Below are positions 18,507-27,217 of a DNA stretch of 64,000 nt, one piece after another. The DNA is taken from positions 45,668 through 109,667 of the forward strand of contig JAIOJA010000008.1 in assembly GCA_019912315.1 (NCBI GenBank), read 5' to 3'. Source of the DNA: Planctomycetota bacterium. GTDB lineage: Bacteria; Planctomycetota; UBA8742; UBA2392. The translations under genes were made by a program, and so were the position numbers. The stretch's first letter is position 1. Each line of letters starts with the position of its first letter. The notes below the pieces were generated by a model. That model saw nothing but the letters and a program-made list of their open reading frames with translations, was not told where the DNA came from and did no database searches.

Positions 18507-20471
18507 CTATTCTTTGGTTTCTTCGGCGGGTGGTTCTGTGTTGGGTGCTTCTTCGGATTCTTCGGTGGAATCCGGTTCGGGCCCGTCTGCCTCAGGCTCC
18601 GCTGAGGCTTCTGAAGACTCGGGCTCATCAGATTCTTCAGGCTCGGGCTTGTCCGCCTTGGGTATGGTCTTTGTGTCACGCGAGGCGATGGCGTCTTTTT
18701 CCTCTTCGAGGGTCATGCCGAACTTGAGCTTCAGTTGCAGGAAGCCGTCCTTGATCCCCTTCACCTGGTTCAGTGACTCTTCCACTGTGCCGGTCGTGCG
18801 GTTCACATAGTCGAAGAACGGGCCGAAGCTTTCGCGAATCTTGTCCACGGCCTCGCGCGCTTCCTTCTTGATCTGCTCATCCAGCACCTGCGTCAAAGCA
18901 GCCTTCAGCTCAGTAACACTGTTGCTGAACTCGGCTTTGATTTTGCGACGCTGAAAGGGCAGGACCGCCAAAGACAGGCCGGTCAGCACGATACCGGCAG
19001 TAACACCTGTGATATCCACAGCCAATGTTGTAGCGGCACCGGCAGCAAGAACGGCCACTGCACCACCAATTCCTATGAGAGTTCCGCCGATTGCCGTGTT
19101 GATTCCGGTAGCACAACGTCCCATGAACTTTCTGAGCTGCTCTTCATAGTCGAACTTGTTGATGCGATCCTTCGCGTCGGCCCGCACGAGGTCGTAGATC
19201 TTCTCCCGATTGTACTCAAACTTCTTGCCGACTTTCCCGACCATGCCATCGTGCGGACGCTTGGCGGCCTGGTCGCTGAAGTACTCCGTCGTGTCCTGCC
19301 AGATCTTCAGATACTTCTTCATGAACCAATCGACGGCCTTACTTAGGATCAGGTCGATCTTGCCCTCATAGTCCTTGATCACGTCTTCCTTGAAGCGCGC
19401 CCTGAAGCGCTCTGAGCTGCGCAGCATGCCCATGTTCGTCAGCTTGACGTTGTCGTCGACCCAGTTGCGCCCCCGCTTTTCCATCTCGAGAATGACGTTG
19501 TCGATCTCGAGTATGAACCGCCCGAAGTTCTCGGACATGTCCTTCTCGGACTGCTCAAGCTGCGACTTGATGTTCTCGAGAACCTTCTTGTCGTCTTTCA
19601 GGTTCGACATCCGCGCCGTGAAGGCCTGCAACGTGCGGTCGCAAATGCTGATCGAGCTGTTGATCGGGCTTTCGAGCTTCAGCTTCAGCTTTTCGCCGGC
19701 GCTGAGTTGCTCGAACAGGTACTCTTCAAGCGCCTTGAAGCCAGAGGATTCATACAGCCCGTCGTTCTGCTCATTCTTCGCCTTGCGCGCTTCCTTGGCG
19801 CTGACCATGAAAATCTGCGGGTCGAAATCGAAGAACTTCTTCACGCTGTCGCCCACGAACTTGTGGATGTCCTCAAGTTCGTGCGGCTCTTTCTGGTCCT
19901 TCTTGGTGATGATGAAGATGATTTTGCGCGCCCAGCCTTCGACGATATATTCCAGGAACTCGCGCTCCGTCTCGCTGAACGGGCGGTCAACGCTGGTCGT
20001 GAACAGCACCAGGTCGCAGCGCGGGATAAAACTTTCGGTGATCTCGCCGTGGCGCTTGACGATGCTGTTGGTGCCCGGCGTGTCGACGATGTTGATGGTC
20101 TTCAGTGGCTCGTGCGGGCTCAGGTTTTCGACGAGAAATTCTTCAATCACCCGCTCTTTGACCGTGTCGCCGTACTTCAGCACGTGAATCTTGTCGGTGG
20201 TCGGAATCGCGCCGACCTTGCAGATGTCGCTGTTCAACAGGCTGTTGATGAACGTGCTCTTGCCGGCCTTGACTTCACCGACGATCACGAGCAGGAACAA
20301 CTCCTCGAGGTGCCCGACCAGCCCGGTGACCTGGTCAATGACGGCGTCCTCGAAGTCTTGTTTGATCAACAGATCGCGCAGGGATTTAAGAAGCTCTCGC
20401 TCCTCGCTCATGCCCTCGGCGATCTTCTCATCCAGCCTTTGGGTAAGGGTGTGTGGCTGGGGATCGTTCAT
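18507..20471 (-). CDS. Bacterial dynamin-like GTPase (BDLP/DynA family), with an acidic Glu/Pro/Ser-rich C-terminal tail
   Basis: P-loop GEVKAGKST. Switch/G3-G4 context (DTPG, TKKD). Long helical stalk region. Overall about 650 aa, typical of BDLPs. Confidence 0.75.
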   Translation of the reverse strand: MNDPQPHTLTQRLDEKIAEGMSEERELLKSLRDLLIKQDFEDAVIDQVTGLVGHLEELFLLVIVGEVKAGKSTFINSLLNSDICKVGAIPTTDKIHVLKYGDTVKERVIEEFLVENLSPHEPLKTINIVDTPGTNSIVKRHGEITESFIPRCDLVLFTTSVDRPFSETEREFLEYIVEGWARKIIFIITKKDQKEPHELEDIHKFVGDSVKKFFDFDPQIFMVSAKEARKAKNEQNDGLYESSGFKALEEYLFEQLSAGEKLKLKLESPINSSISICDRTLQAFTARMSNLKDDKKVLENIKSQLEQSEKDMSENFGRFILEIDNVILEMEKRGRNWVDDNVKLTNMGMLRSSERFRARFKEDVIKDYEGKIDLILSKAVDWFMKKYLKIWQDTTEYFSDQAAKRPHDGMVGKVGKKFEYNREKIYDLVRADAKDRINKFDYEEQLRKFMGRCATGINTAIGGTLIGIGGAVAVLAAGAATTLAVDITGVTAGIVLTGLSLAVLPFQRRKIKAEFSNSVTELKAALTQVLDEQIKKEAREAVDKIRESFGPFFDYVNRTTGTVEESLNQVKGIKDGFLQLKLKFGMTLEEEKDAIASRDTKTIPKADKPEPEESDEPESSEASAEPEADGPEPDSTEESEEAPNTEPPAEETKE

Positions 20472-20484
20472 CGCGTTCCTCGGT

Positions 20485-20585
20485 CAGGTCTCAGGTTACA
20501 GGTTTCAGGTGTCAGGGAATAGCGACTTGCCATGTGATGTCCAGCATGGATTCCCTGTTACCTGAAACCTGATCCCTGTAACCTG
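20485..20585. promoter_or_regulatory. Palindromic heptad-repeat operator-like element in a divergent promoter: 5 x CAGGTNN, about 36 bp core, 5 x NNACCTG
   Basis: CAGGT at 20485, 20492, 20499, 20506 (CAGGG at 20513) with exact 7 bp spacing. Mirrored (A/C)CCTG at 20553, 20560, 20567, 20574, 20581, again 7 bp apart. The core carries the small palindrome CCATG-N10-CATGG. Lies between the start codons at 20471 (minus) and 20593 (plus). Confidence 0.6.
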
Positions 20586-20592
20586 TTCCAGT

Positions 20593-23400
20593 ATGCGACG
20601 TAGCCATCTGGTTGCCACCCTGCTGATACTCGCCTTCCTGTTGTTGGCAGGCGCCTGGGCAATCTTGCGCCCGGAGGGCAGCGGATTCATTCCTTTCATC
20701 GGCGGCGAAGACACCAAGCCTGCGGACAAAGTCGCCGACGACGCCCTGGATCTCGAGCCGCCGCGCCTTGACGACAGCGGCACGCCGGTCGTGAAGCCGC
20801 CCGCCAACGCGGAAACAGCGGGCATCCTCGACAACATCGACGAGGAAGAACGCAAACGCATCGAAGCTGCCCGGGAGGAAGCCCGAATCGAAGCCGAGCG
20901 CGAAGCGGCAGCAAACGGCACCAAACCTCGCCCGGAAGGCGGGGGGAAATCACCCCAGACGGACGACGCAAACCAGCCGGACAACCGCACCCCCGAGCAG
21001 AAAGCCCTCGACGCGGAACGCCAGCGCCGCATCGACGCCCTGAAAGCCATCAAACGCCCGCCTAACCAGAGCCTCGGCAACGCCCGCCCGCGCACGCGCA
21101 AACTGGCCAAGGAGACGGGCAAGAAGAACCTCGACGAGGTGAACCCGAAGCTGCTGCAGGATAGGCGCGGGCTGTACGCGAAGTACTACGCTTTCAGCGG
21201 CAACCCGCTTGCGGGCATACTGGACCCGAATCAACCGGAGCTGAACGACCGCACACCGGACATCACGCGCATCGACTCGCAGGTGTACTTCCCGAGTAAA
21301 GACGCCTGGGCCGACCTGCCCTTCGATAAGCGCAATTTCATGGGCGTGTGGGAAGGCTTTCTCGTCATCGCAGAGGACGCCGACTACTGGCTGTATCTCG
21401 GGGCCGACTACACCGGCGTGGTGACGCTGGACGGCGAGACGATCCTGTTCAACGACATGCGCGACTACACCGAGGTCAGCACCGTCCTCACGCTCAGCAG
21501 CGGGCTGCACCCCATCCGCATCGACTACATGGAAGGCGAAAACGGCAGCCCGGTCGACCCCCTCGCGGCCTGCAACTTCATGCACGTGCCGGAAGGCCAA
21601 AGCAAGCCGGTGCCTGTCCCGCCCGAAATGCTGATGCTCCCGGAAGCGCTCTGGAGCAACAATGCACCGATTATCACAAGGCTTAACAAGTACGAAGGCG
21701 AGATCGGTGAAGAGATCACGATTTACGGACAGAACATCACGCCATACGGTAACGAGGAAGGCTCGCGCGAAGTGCGAGTGACGTTCTCTGGCCAGCAAGC
21801 GTCGGTACTGAAGCAGGATTCGGGTAGCGTGACGGTGCGCGTGCCGATCGGCGCAACTAGTGGCAAAGTAATTGTCTTCGCACAGGATTTCGCCAATTGG
21901 GTGTTGGATGGTGAGACTGTGGCCAGCCCGATGGGTGAGTATCCATCCAATTCGGTCGAATTCTCAGTCACCACCCAGTTCGGGCTATTCGCTTCTTGGC
22001 ACAACCTGCAAGGCTGGTCGAACTACGACTTTGTGGACGAATCGCTGCATGAGCCTGATGTTGTGCGTCTTGAGCGCGAGTTCATGTTCGAGACTCGCGA
22101 CCAGATCGACCTGCCCTTCCGCAACAACCCGCTCGCCTGCCACTGGGAAGGCAAAGTCGGCATCCCGGCCGGCTGGGTGGCCGAGGGCGAATTGGCGCTG
22201 GTGCGCTTTCAAACCTACGGGCGCCTGCGCGTGAAACTCGGCGAAGTGCTGAAGGAAACCACCGCGCCGACACAGGAACAGTTCAACCTGACCACACTCG
22301 ACTTCGAAGTCCGCAACCACGAAGAACACTACCTCACACTCAGCATCGACTGGACGAGTGAATCCGGGCCGGCTGGGCTGAGCGTGGTCAAGATGCACAA
22401 CGGTGATCCGTCGTTACCTTCCGTGCCGCCGATGGGTCTCCAACCGAGCTGGCAGGTTGTTGAGACGCTTCAGAACCACCTCTTTTTCCCGCCCGTAGTG
22501 CCGCCGAAGCCGCCACAAATCTTGAGCGCGAAGCCGGTGTTTGCCGAAGGTGAGCAGCCCCCGCAGTTGCCCTTTGACGTGACGTCCACGCTGCCCTCAA
22601 TCCGCGAAGGACAGACCTGCGAGATCACTTTGCGTGCCTTCGGCAAGGTTAACGAGGAAATGTTCGAGTCCTTGTCGCTGACGATCGACGGCATCCCCAT
22701 GGCGTGGGACACCCCGGACGACGGCATGGACGTCGTGCCCGACGCGGGCGGTTTCAAGTTCACGGTCACGTGCGTACTTCCAACGGGGCTTGGCGAAGGT
22801 CGCATTGTCCCACGACAATCGATCGTGACCGGCGAGCCATACTTCATCGACGTGCTGAACAAGGGTCTAGTGGCCTACCTGTATGACCTGCCCAACCCGG
22901 GTGGCTACACCAAGATGCCGGACCCTGAGCCGCTGAACTGCTTCCAGGTGCGCAAGATGCCCTGGGTAAACTACGAGAACGCTAACCAGCTTGATCTGCC
23001 CTTTCCCGCAGAGACCTTCGCCATTGAATGGCTCGGGGCGCTGATTATCGAGACTGAGGGCGACTACCGCTTCACCTGCCGCAGCGACGACGGGATTCTG
23101 GTCTGGCTGGATGACAACATCGTGCTGGCCGACGACAACCTGCACTACCAGCGGGAAAAGACCGGCGACTGGGTGCACCTGGTGCCGGGCACGTACAAGT
23201 TCCGCATGCAGTTTTTCGAGAACAACGTGCACGAAGTCTGCGTGCTGAGCTGGGATGCGCGCACAGACAAGCAGGACGACAAGACCGAGTTCCTGCCAAG
23301 ACAGATCATCGGCAAGCGCCACTTCACATGGGACGAACACCCGCCCCTGCCCGGCAAAACCAGCACCTACAAGCGCGCCGATGGCAGCGACCCGGATTAG
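20593..23400 (+). CDS. Large membrane-anchored/secreted protein with PA14-like and IPT/TIG-like domains
   Basis: N-terminal hydrophobic anchor (LVATLLILAFLLLAGAWAIL). PA14-like segments (DYWLYLGADYTGVVTLDGE…; EGDYRFTCRSDDGILVWLDDN). IPT/TIG-like segment (ITIYGQNITPYG…VTFSGQQASV). Confidence 0.6.
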   Translation: MRRSHLVATLLILAFLLLAGAWAILRPEGSGFIPFIGGEDTKPADKVADDALDLEPPRLDDSGTPVVKPPANAETAGILDNIDEEERKRIEAAREEARIEAEREAAANGTKPRPEGGGKSPQTDDANQPDNRTPEQKALDAERQRRIDALKAIKRPPNQSLGNARPRTRKLAKETGKKNLDEVNPKLLQDRRGLYAKYYAFSGNPLAGILDPNQPELNDRTPDITRIDSQVYFPSKDAWADLPFDKRNFMGVWEGFLVIAEDADYWLYLGADYTGVVTLDGETILFNDMRDYTEVSTVLTLSSGLHPIRIDYMEGENGSPVDPLAACNFMHVPEGQSKPVPVPPEMLMLPEALWSNNAPIITRLNKYEGEIGEEITIYGQNITPYGNEEGSREVRVTFSGQQASVLKQDSGSVTVRVPIGATSGKVIVFAQDFANWVLDGETVASPMGEYPSNSVEFSVTTQFGLFASWHNLQGWSNYDFVDESLHEPDVVRLEREFMFETRDQIDLPFRNNPLACHWEGKVGIPAGWVAEGELALVRFQTYGRLRVKLGEVLKETTAPTQEQFNLTTLDFEVRNHEEHYLTLSIDWTSESGPAGLSVVKMHNGDPSLPSVPPMGLQPSWQVVETLQNHLFFPPVVPPKPPQILSAKPVFAEGEQPPQLPFDVTSTLPSIREGQTCEITLRAFGKVNEEMFESLSLTIDGIPMAWDTPDDGMDVVPDAGGFKFTVTCVLPTGLGEGRIVPRQSIVTGEPYFIDVLNKGLVAYLYDLPNPGGYTKMPDPEPLNCFQVRKMPWVNYENANQLDLPFPAETFAIEWLGALIIETEGDYRFTCRSDDGILVWLDDNIVLADDNLHYQREKTGDWVHLVPGTYKFRMQFFENNVHEVCVLSWDARTDKQDDKTEFLPRQIIGKRHFTWDEHPPLPGKTSTYKRADGSDPD

Positions 23401-23741
23401 CCCAGATCGCGCAGAATGGCCTGCGTGTGCGGCCCGTAGAAAGGGTCATCCTTCAGGTCTGTGGCGCGGGCCTTCACGTCAAAGACTGTGCCTTCGTGCT
23501 CAAGGTGCGTCACACCCTCATGCGGCGGCAACTCCAGGCCTTTCAGGTAGACGGGAATGTCGTCCGTGGTGATTAAGTACTCGCCCAGGCCGCGCAGGTG
23601 CTGCACGATCTTGGTCGCATAAACGTCCGCGCCTTCAGTGCTGGTGGCGCTGGCCCAATGCTGCACACCCTGGCAGGTAATGCGCCCGGCTTCCCATTCG
23701 CCGAAAACGCGGCGGATTTCCTTGCGCAATTTGTCGCTCAT
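23397..23741 (-). CDS. Hypothetical protein (114 aa)
   Basis: The ATG at 23741 gives MSDKLRKEIRRVFGEWEAGRIT… with normal composition. Upstream in-frame extension on the track overlaps the neighbouring plus-strand gene and is probably not translated. Converges on the PA14 gene with a 4 nt overlap. Confidence 0.4.
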   Translation of the reverse strand: MSDKLRKEIRRVFGEWEAGRITCQGVQHWASATSTEGADVYATKIVQHLRGLGEYLITTDDIPVYLKGLELPPHEGVTHLEHEGTVFDVKARATDLKDDPFYGPHTQAILRDLG

Positions 23742-23786
23742 GGCCGAAAGTATAAACATAGCCCCCAGGGCTGCTAGGCTGGTGTC

Positions 23787-24188
23787 ATGGAAGAACTCGC
23801 CCGACTGCTGGAAAGCGCCGAACCCTACACGAGCTATCGCTACGTGCTGGGGCTGGTGTTGACCGGCCTGTTCATCTACTTCCTGGTGACGTCGATTCTG
23901 TCGCTGCGCAACCTGCAAGGGCTGCTGCACGACATGAACCGGCAGGTGAACGATAAGCGCTTTTTCGATGATGTCCGCCTGCGCCTCGACCCGGATTGGG
24001 ATGTGTCCGGCGAGCGCCCCCTGAAAGCCAAACCCGGGCGCATCATCAAGCTGTCCATCGTCTCGGCCTGCCTGCGCCTACTGAGCTTCCGCACAATGCT
24101 CTACGTGTTGCCCGAGCTGATCGGCGTCACGGTATTAGGCAGCGCCGCAGCCGTGGCCTACTGGTACGTGTTTACGCTGAAGATGTGA
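23787..24188 (+). CDS. Small membrane protein (two predicted TM helices)
   Basis: Hydrophobic stretches (YVLGLVLTGLFIYFLVTSIL; LPELIGVTVLGSAAAVAYWYVF). Followed by a GC hairpin (CCGCGGGC-TTCCA-GCCCGCGG) at about 24219-24239. Confidence 0.45.
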   Translation: MEELARLLESAEPYTSYRYVLGLVLTGLFIYFLVTSILSLRNLQGLLHDMNRQVNDKRFFDDVRLRLDPDWDVSGERPLKAKPGRIIKLSIVSACLRLLSFRTMLYVLPELIGVTVLGSAAAVAYWYVFTLKM

Positions 24189-24323
24189 CGTGGTGTGGAC
24201 ATCCTGTCCGCATCTGAGCCGCGGGCTTCCAGCCCGCGGGAATCACCACGAAACCCTCGCCCCTTGCAAAACGTTCTCTGACTGGTAGCTAGACGCGCAG
24301 CCCGTGTGTGCCGGATTGTTGTT

Positions 24324-24396
24324 CACCACAGAGAGCACAGAGCACACAGAGGGAAGGGCTCGGCAGTTCTCCGTGTCCTCTGTGCGCTCTGTGGTG
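24324..24396. promoter_or_regulatory. 19 nt inverted repeat (one mismatch) with a 36 nt spacer, in the glyQS 5' leader
   Basis: CACCACAGAGAGCACAGAG … CTCTGTGCGCTCTGTGGTG, ending 26 nt before the glyQS ATG. Confidence 0.4.
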
Positions 24397-24421
24397 AAAA
24401 TGCAGTTCAGTCGGAGTCATC

Positions 24422-26461
24422 ATGCCCGCCAAGAGTCTTGAGCAAGTTGTAAATCTCTGCAAGACGCGAGGATTCGTCTTTCCGGGCAGTGCCGCCTACG
24501 GCGGCGTGGCGAGCTTCTGGGACTACGGCCCCCTGGGCGTGGAAATGTTGAACCACGTTAAGCGAATCTGGTGGCAAGAGTCGGTGTACGCCCGAGACGA
24601 CATGGAAGGGCTGGATGCAGCAATTCTGATGAGCCGAAAAGTCTGGCAACACTCCGGCCACGAGGCAACGTTCACGGACCCTCTCGTCGACAACAGAGAG
24701 ACCAAGCGCCGCTATCGATTGGATCATCTACTCAAGCGACAGAGCGCAGAAGTCCTCGAGGCGATCTGCGACATACTTAAGCCCGCACCTACATTTACGG
24801 CACCCAGTCGACAGGCCACTATCTCGCCAGACCCCGAAGCACTTGCGTCTGCCTTGATCTACCACTACCGCGAAGTGCAGACTCACTTCTCGGCGTCCAC
24901 GGATCAGATGAAGTCTGAAAATGCGGCGATTCTGATGGACGTATTCGGCCTTACCGAAGATGAAGTCCGACGGGCATCCGCCGACAGCCCCGTGCCGCGG
25001 GCCGATTCCAAGATGTTCGAGCCGGAACAGCGAGATCCGCTTACCGCGGCTGCGGTGCTGGATCCGGCAGACGGCAAGCCGGGCAAATGGACGGCTCCGA
25101 GACAGTTTAACCTTATGTTTGTCACCCATGTGGGACCGGTTGAGGCAGCGCCAAATACTCCTGAGGAGATCGCCGCACGGGCCTACCTGCGCCCTGAAAC
25201 GGCACAAGGCATCTTCCTCAATTTCAAGAATGTGCAGCGTTCGATGGCGCGCAAGGTTCCTTTCGGCATTGCCCAGATGGGCAAGGCGTTTCGGAACGAG
25301 ATTACGCCGGGCAACTTCATCTTCCGTACTCGTGAGTTTGAGCAGATGGAGATTGAGTTCTTCATCAAGCCGCCGCAGTTCACTGGCGAAGGCGAAAAGA
25401 CTGACGAGCAGTGGCACGAGGAATGGATCGATCAGCGTTATCGCTGGTGGCTGCGTTACGCCACGCCTCCGACTGCGGGCAACGTTGAGATGGAAGAGAT
25501 TGAGGAACGCTTCCGCAAGCGCGCCCAGGCGGCGGACGAGCTGGCCCATTACGCGAAGGCCACCACGGACATCGAGTACAAGTTCCCGGGCTCGCTTAGC
25601 TGGGGCGAGATCGAGGGCGTGGCCAACCGCACGGACTTCGATCTGACCGCCCACAGCGGTGACGTGCCCGAAGAAGACTTGAAGCGCCTGAAGCTGGAGC
25701 CGAACAAGGACAGCAACCAGACCTTCGACTACTTCGACCCCGACGCCAAGCAACGCTACGTGCCCTGGGTGATCGAGCCGTCGGCCGGCGTCACGCGCGC
25801 CATGCTGACCTTCCTGTGCGAGGCCTACGACGAGGAGGTCGTCAAGGAGCCCACCAAACAGGAGATCGACCAGATCAAATCCGACGCGGCCATGATCAAG
25901 AACAACGCGGAAAAGAAAATCAAAGCCGCCGAAAAAGACGCCGCCGCCGGCAAGGAAACCAAACACGACCCGGTGCAGGTGCGCGCGTTCCTGGATCAGC
26001 TTGAAGACGTGGTCAACCGCCTGCCGGAATCGCTCGATGAAGTGCTGCTCACGCTTGACCACCCGGGCGCGGAGAACCTGGAGCCGGTGAAGAAATTCCG
26101 CGTCCCGACCGAGAAGTTCATGGAGGAAGTCAGCCGCACGGTGCTGCGCCTGCACCCGGCCTTGGCGCCGATCAAGCTGGCCGTGTTTCCGCTGAAGAAA
26201 AACAAGCCTGAGATCGTGGAGATGGCCAAGGGCATCAAACGCATGTTCCAGAAGCACTTCCGCACGGTGTATGACGACAGCGCCGGCATCGGCCGCCTGT
26301 ACCGGCGCCAGGACGAAATCGGCACGCCCTACTGCATCACGGTGGACTTCGAAAGTCTTGAGGATCGCACCGTCACCGTACGCGAACGCGACACCATGGA
26401 GCAGGAACGGGTAGCCATCGACGATTTGAAGGACTACCTCTTCACCCGCCTCGATATCTGA
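24422..26461 (+). CDS. glyQS: Glycine--tRNA ligase, alpha2 (eukaryote/archaeal-like) type, with two large insertions (679 aa)
   Basis: N-terminal LCKTRGFVFPGSAAYGGVASFWDYGPLG and the class II core (FRNEITPGNFIFRTREFEQMEIEFF) are diagnostic. Contains large extra segments. Confidence 0.85.
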   Translation: MPAKSLEQVVNLCKTRGFVFPGSAAYGGVASFWDYGPLGVEMLNHVKRIWWQESVYARDDMEGLDAAILMSRKVWQHSGHEATFTDPLVDNRETKRRYRLDHLLKRQSAEVLEAICDILKPAPTFTAPSRQATISPDPEALASALIYHYREVQTHFSASTDQMKSENAAILMDVFGLTEDEVRRASADSPVPRADSKMFEPEQRDPLTAAAVLDPADGKPGKWTAPRQFNLMFVTHVGPVEAAPNTPEEIAARAYLRPETAQGIFLNFKNVQRSMARKVPFGIAQMGKAFRNEITPGNFIFRTREFEQMEIEFFIKPPQFTGEGEKTDEQWHEEWIDQRYRWWLRYATPPTAGNVEMEEIEERFRKRAQAADELAHYAKATTDIEYKFPGSLSWGEIEGVANRTDFDLTAHSGDVPEEDLKRLKLEPNKDSNQTFDYFDPDAKQRYVPWVIEPSAGVTRAMLTFLCEAYDEEVVKEPTKQEIDQIKSDAAMIKNNAEKKIKAAEKDAAAGKETKHDPVQVRAFLDQLEDVVNRLPESLDEVLLTLDHPGAENLEPVKKFRVPTEKFMEEVSRTVLRLHPALAPIKLAVFPLKKNKPEIVEMAKGIKRMFQKHFRTVYDDSAGIGRLYRRQDEIGTPYCITVDFESLEDRTVTVRERDTMEQERVAIDDLKDYLFTRLDI

Positions 26462-27217
26462 CGTGTCAGATTTTCTGGAGCCCGCGCGTCACGCATTCGC
26501 GGGTCGCGAACGCCCCGCCGGGTCATCACACATAATGAACGACTTTCTAAGTTATTGCGACAAAAGAACTTGCCCGAAATCACTATGGGTAATGTGACAG
26601 GTTCGCGCATGGCGACTTCGCTCTCTGCAATACATTGTGTGCGAGTCATGCGATCCTAGTATATTACATGACAATTCGTACGGCTTTGTGTGGTCACAAC
26701 GTACTAGAAGTTGTATTATCGTGCGTCGCACGGTTTGCGCCTCAGGTGCGGTGAAATATGGATATGTACACGCCATGGAATTACGGGAACCAGGTCATCT
26801 GTCAGGCTCTCGACGACAGGGCGGGTAGCGACCCGAACTGGCAACTGCACGACAGACGGGGAGGCGGCGCGCTCGCCCAAGCGCGAAGCAGCGACAGCAC
26901 GATCTGAGAAAGCAAGTAGTTGATGATGGTGAGGCGCAACCTGTCGCATCAGTGTCATCAAGTGGGGTCAAAAAAGCATATTCGAGAAATTGAAGGGATG
27001 TCGATATAATGCCATTCCATGGAAGACCATCAGACACAGATTCGTTTCTTTGCGACTAAGCAGTGCGCGTGGCTTGTGACCCGTGTTCGTCAGACAAGCC
27101 TATCCAGTGATCCACGCGCCGAACAACGTGTAGTTGATATTCAGGGCAATTTGCGTCACTCGCACACTTGAAGGCGTGCGAGTCGGGTTGCACTTCTGTT
27201 GTGCGGAAAGCTGCCAA

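Noticed and set aside
23742-23930. Upstream in-frame extension of the 23397-23741 ORF (track start at 23930)
   Set aside because: The extension overlaps the start of the plus-strand membrane-protein gene and translates to Gln/His-rich low-complexity sequence. The ATG at 23741 gives a sensible N-terminus.
24728-26257. 509 aa minus-strand ORF antisense to glyQS
   Set aside because: Overlaps an unambiguous glycyl-tRNA synthetase on the other strand. R/L/G-rich low-complexity translation.
26552-26828. Short ORFs (63-74 aa) inside the low-GC leader upstream of the histidine kinase
   Set aside because: No RBS. Cys/Arg-rich odd composition. They overlap each other on both strands. The region is better treated as non-coding regulatory DNA.
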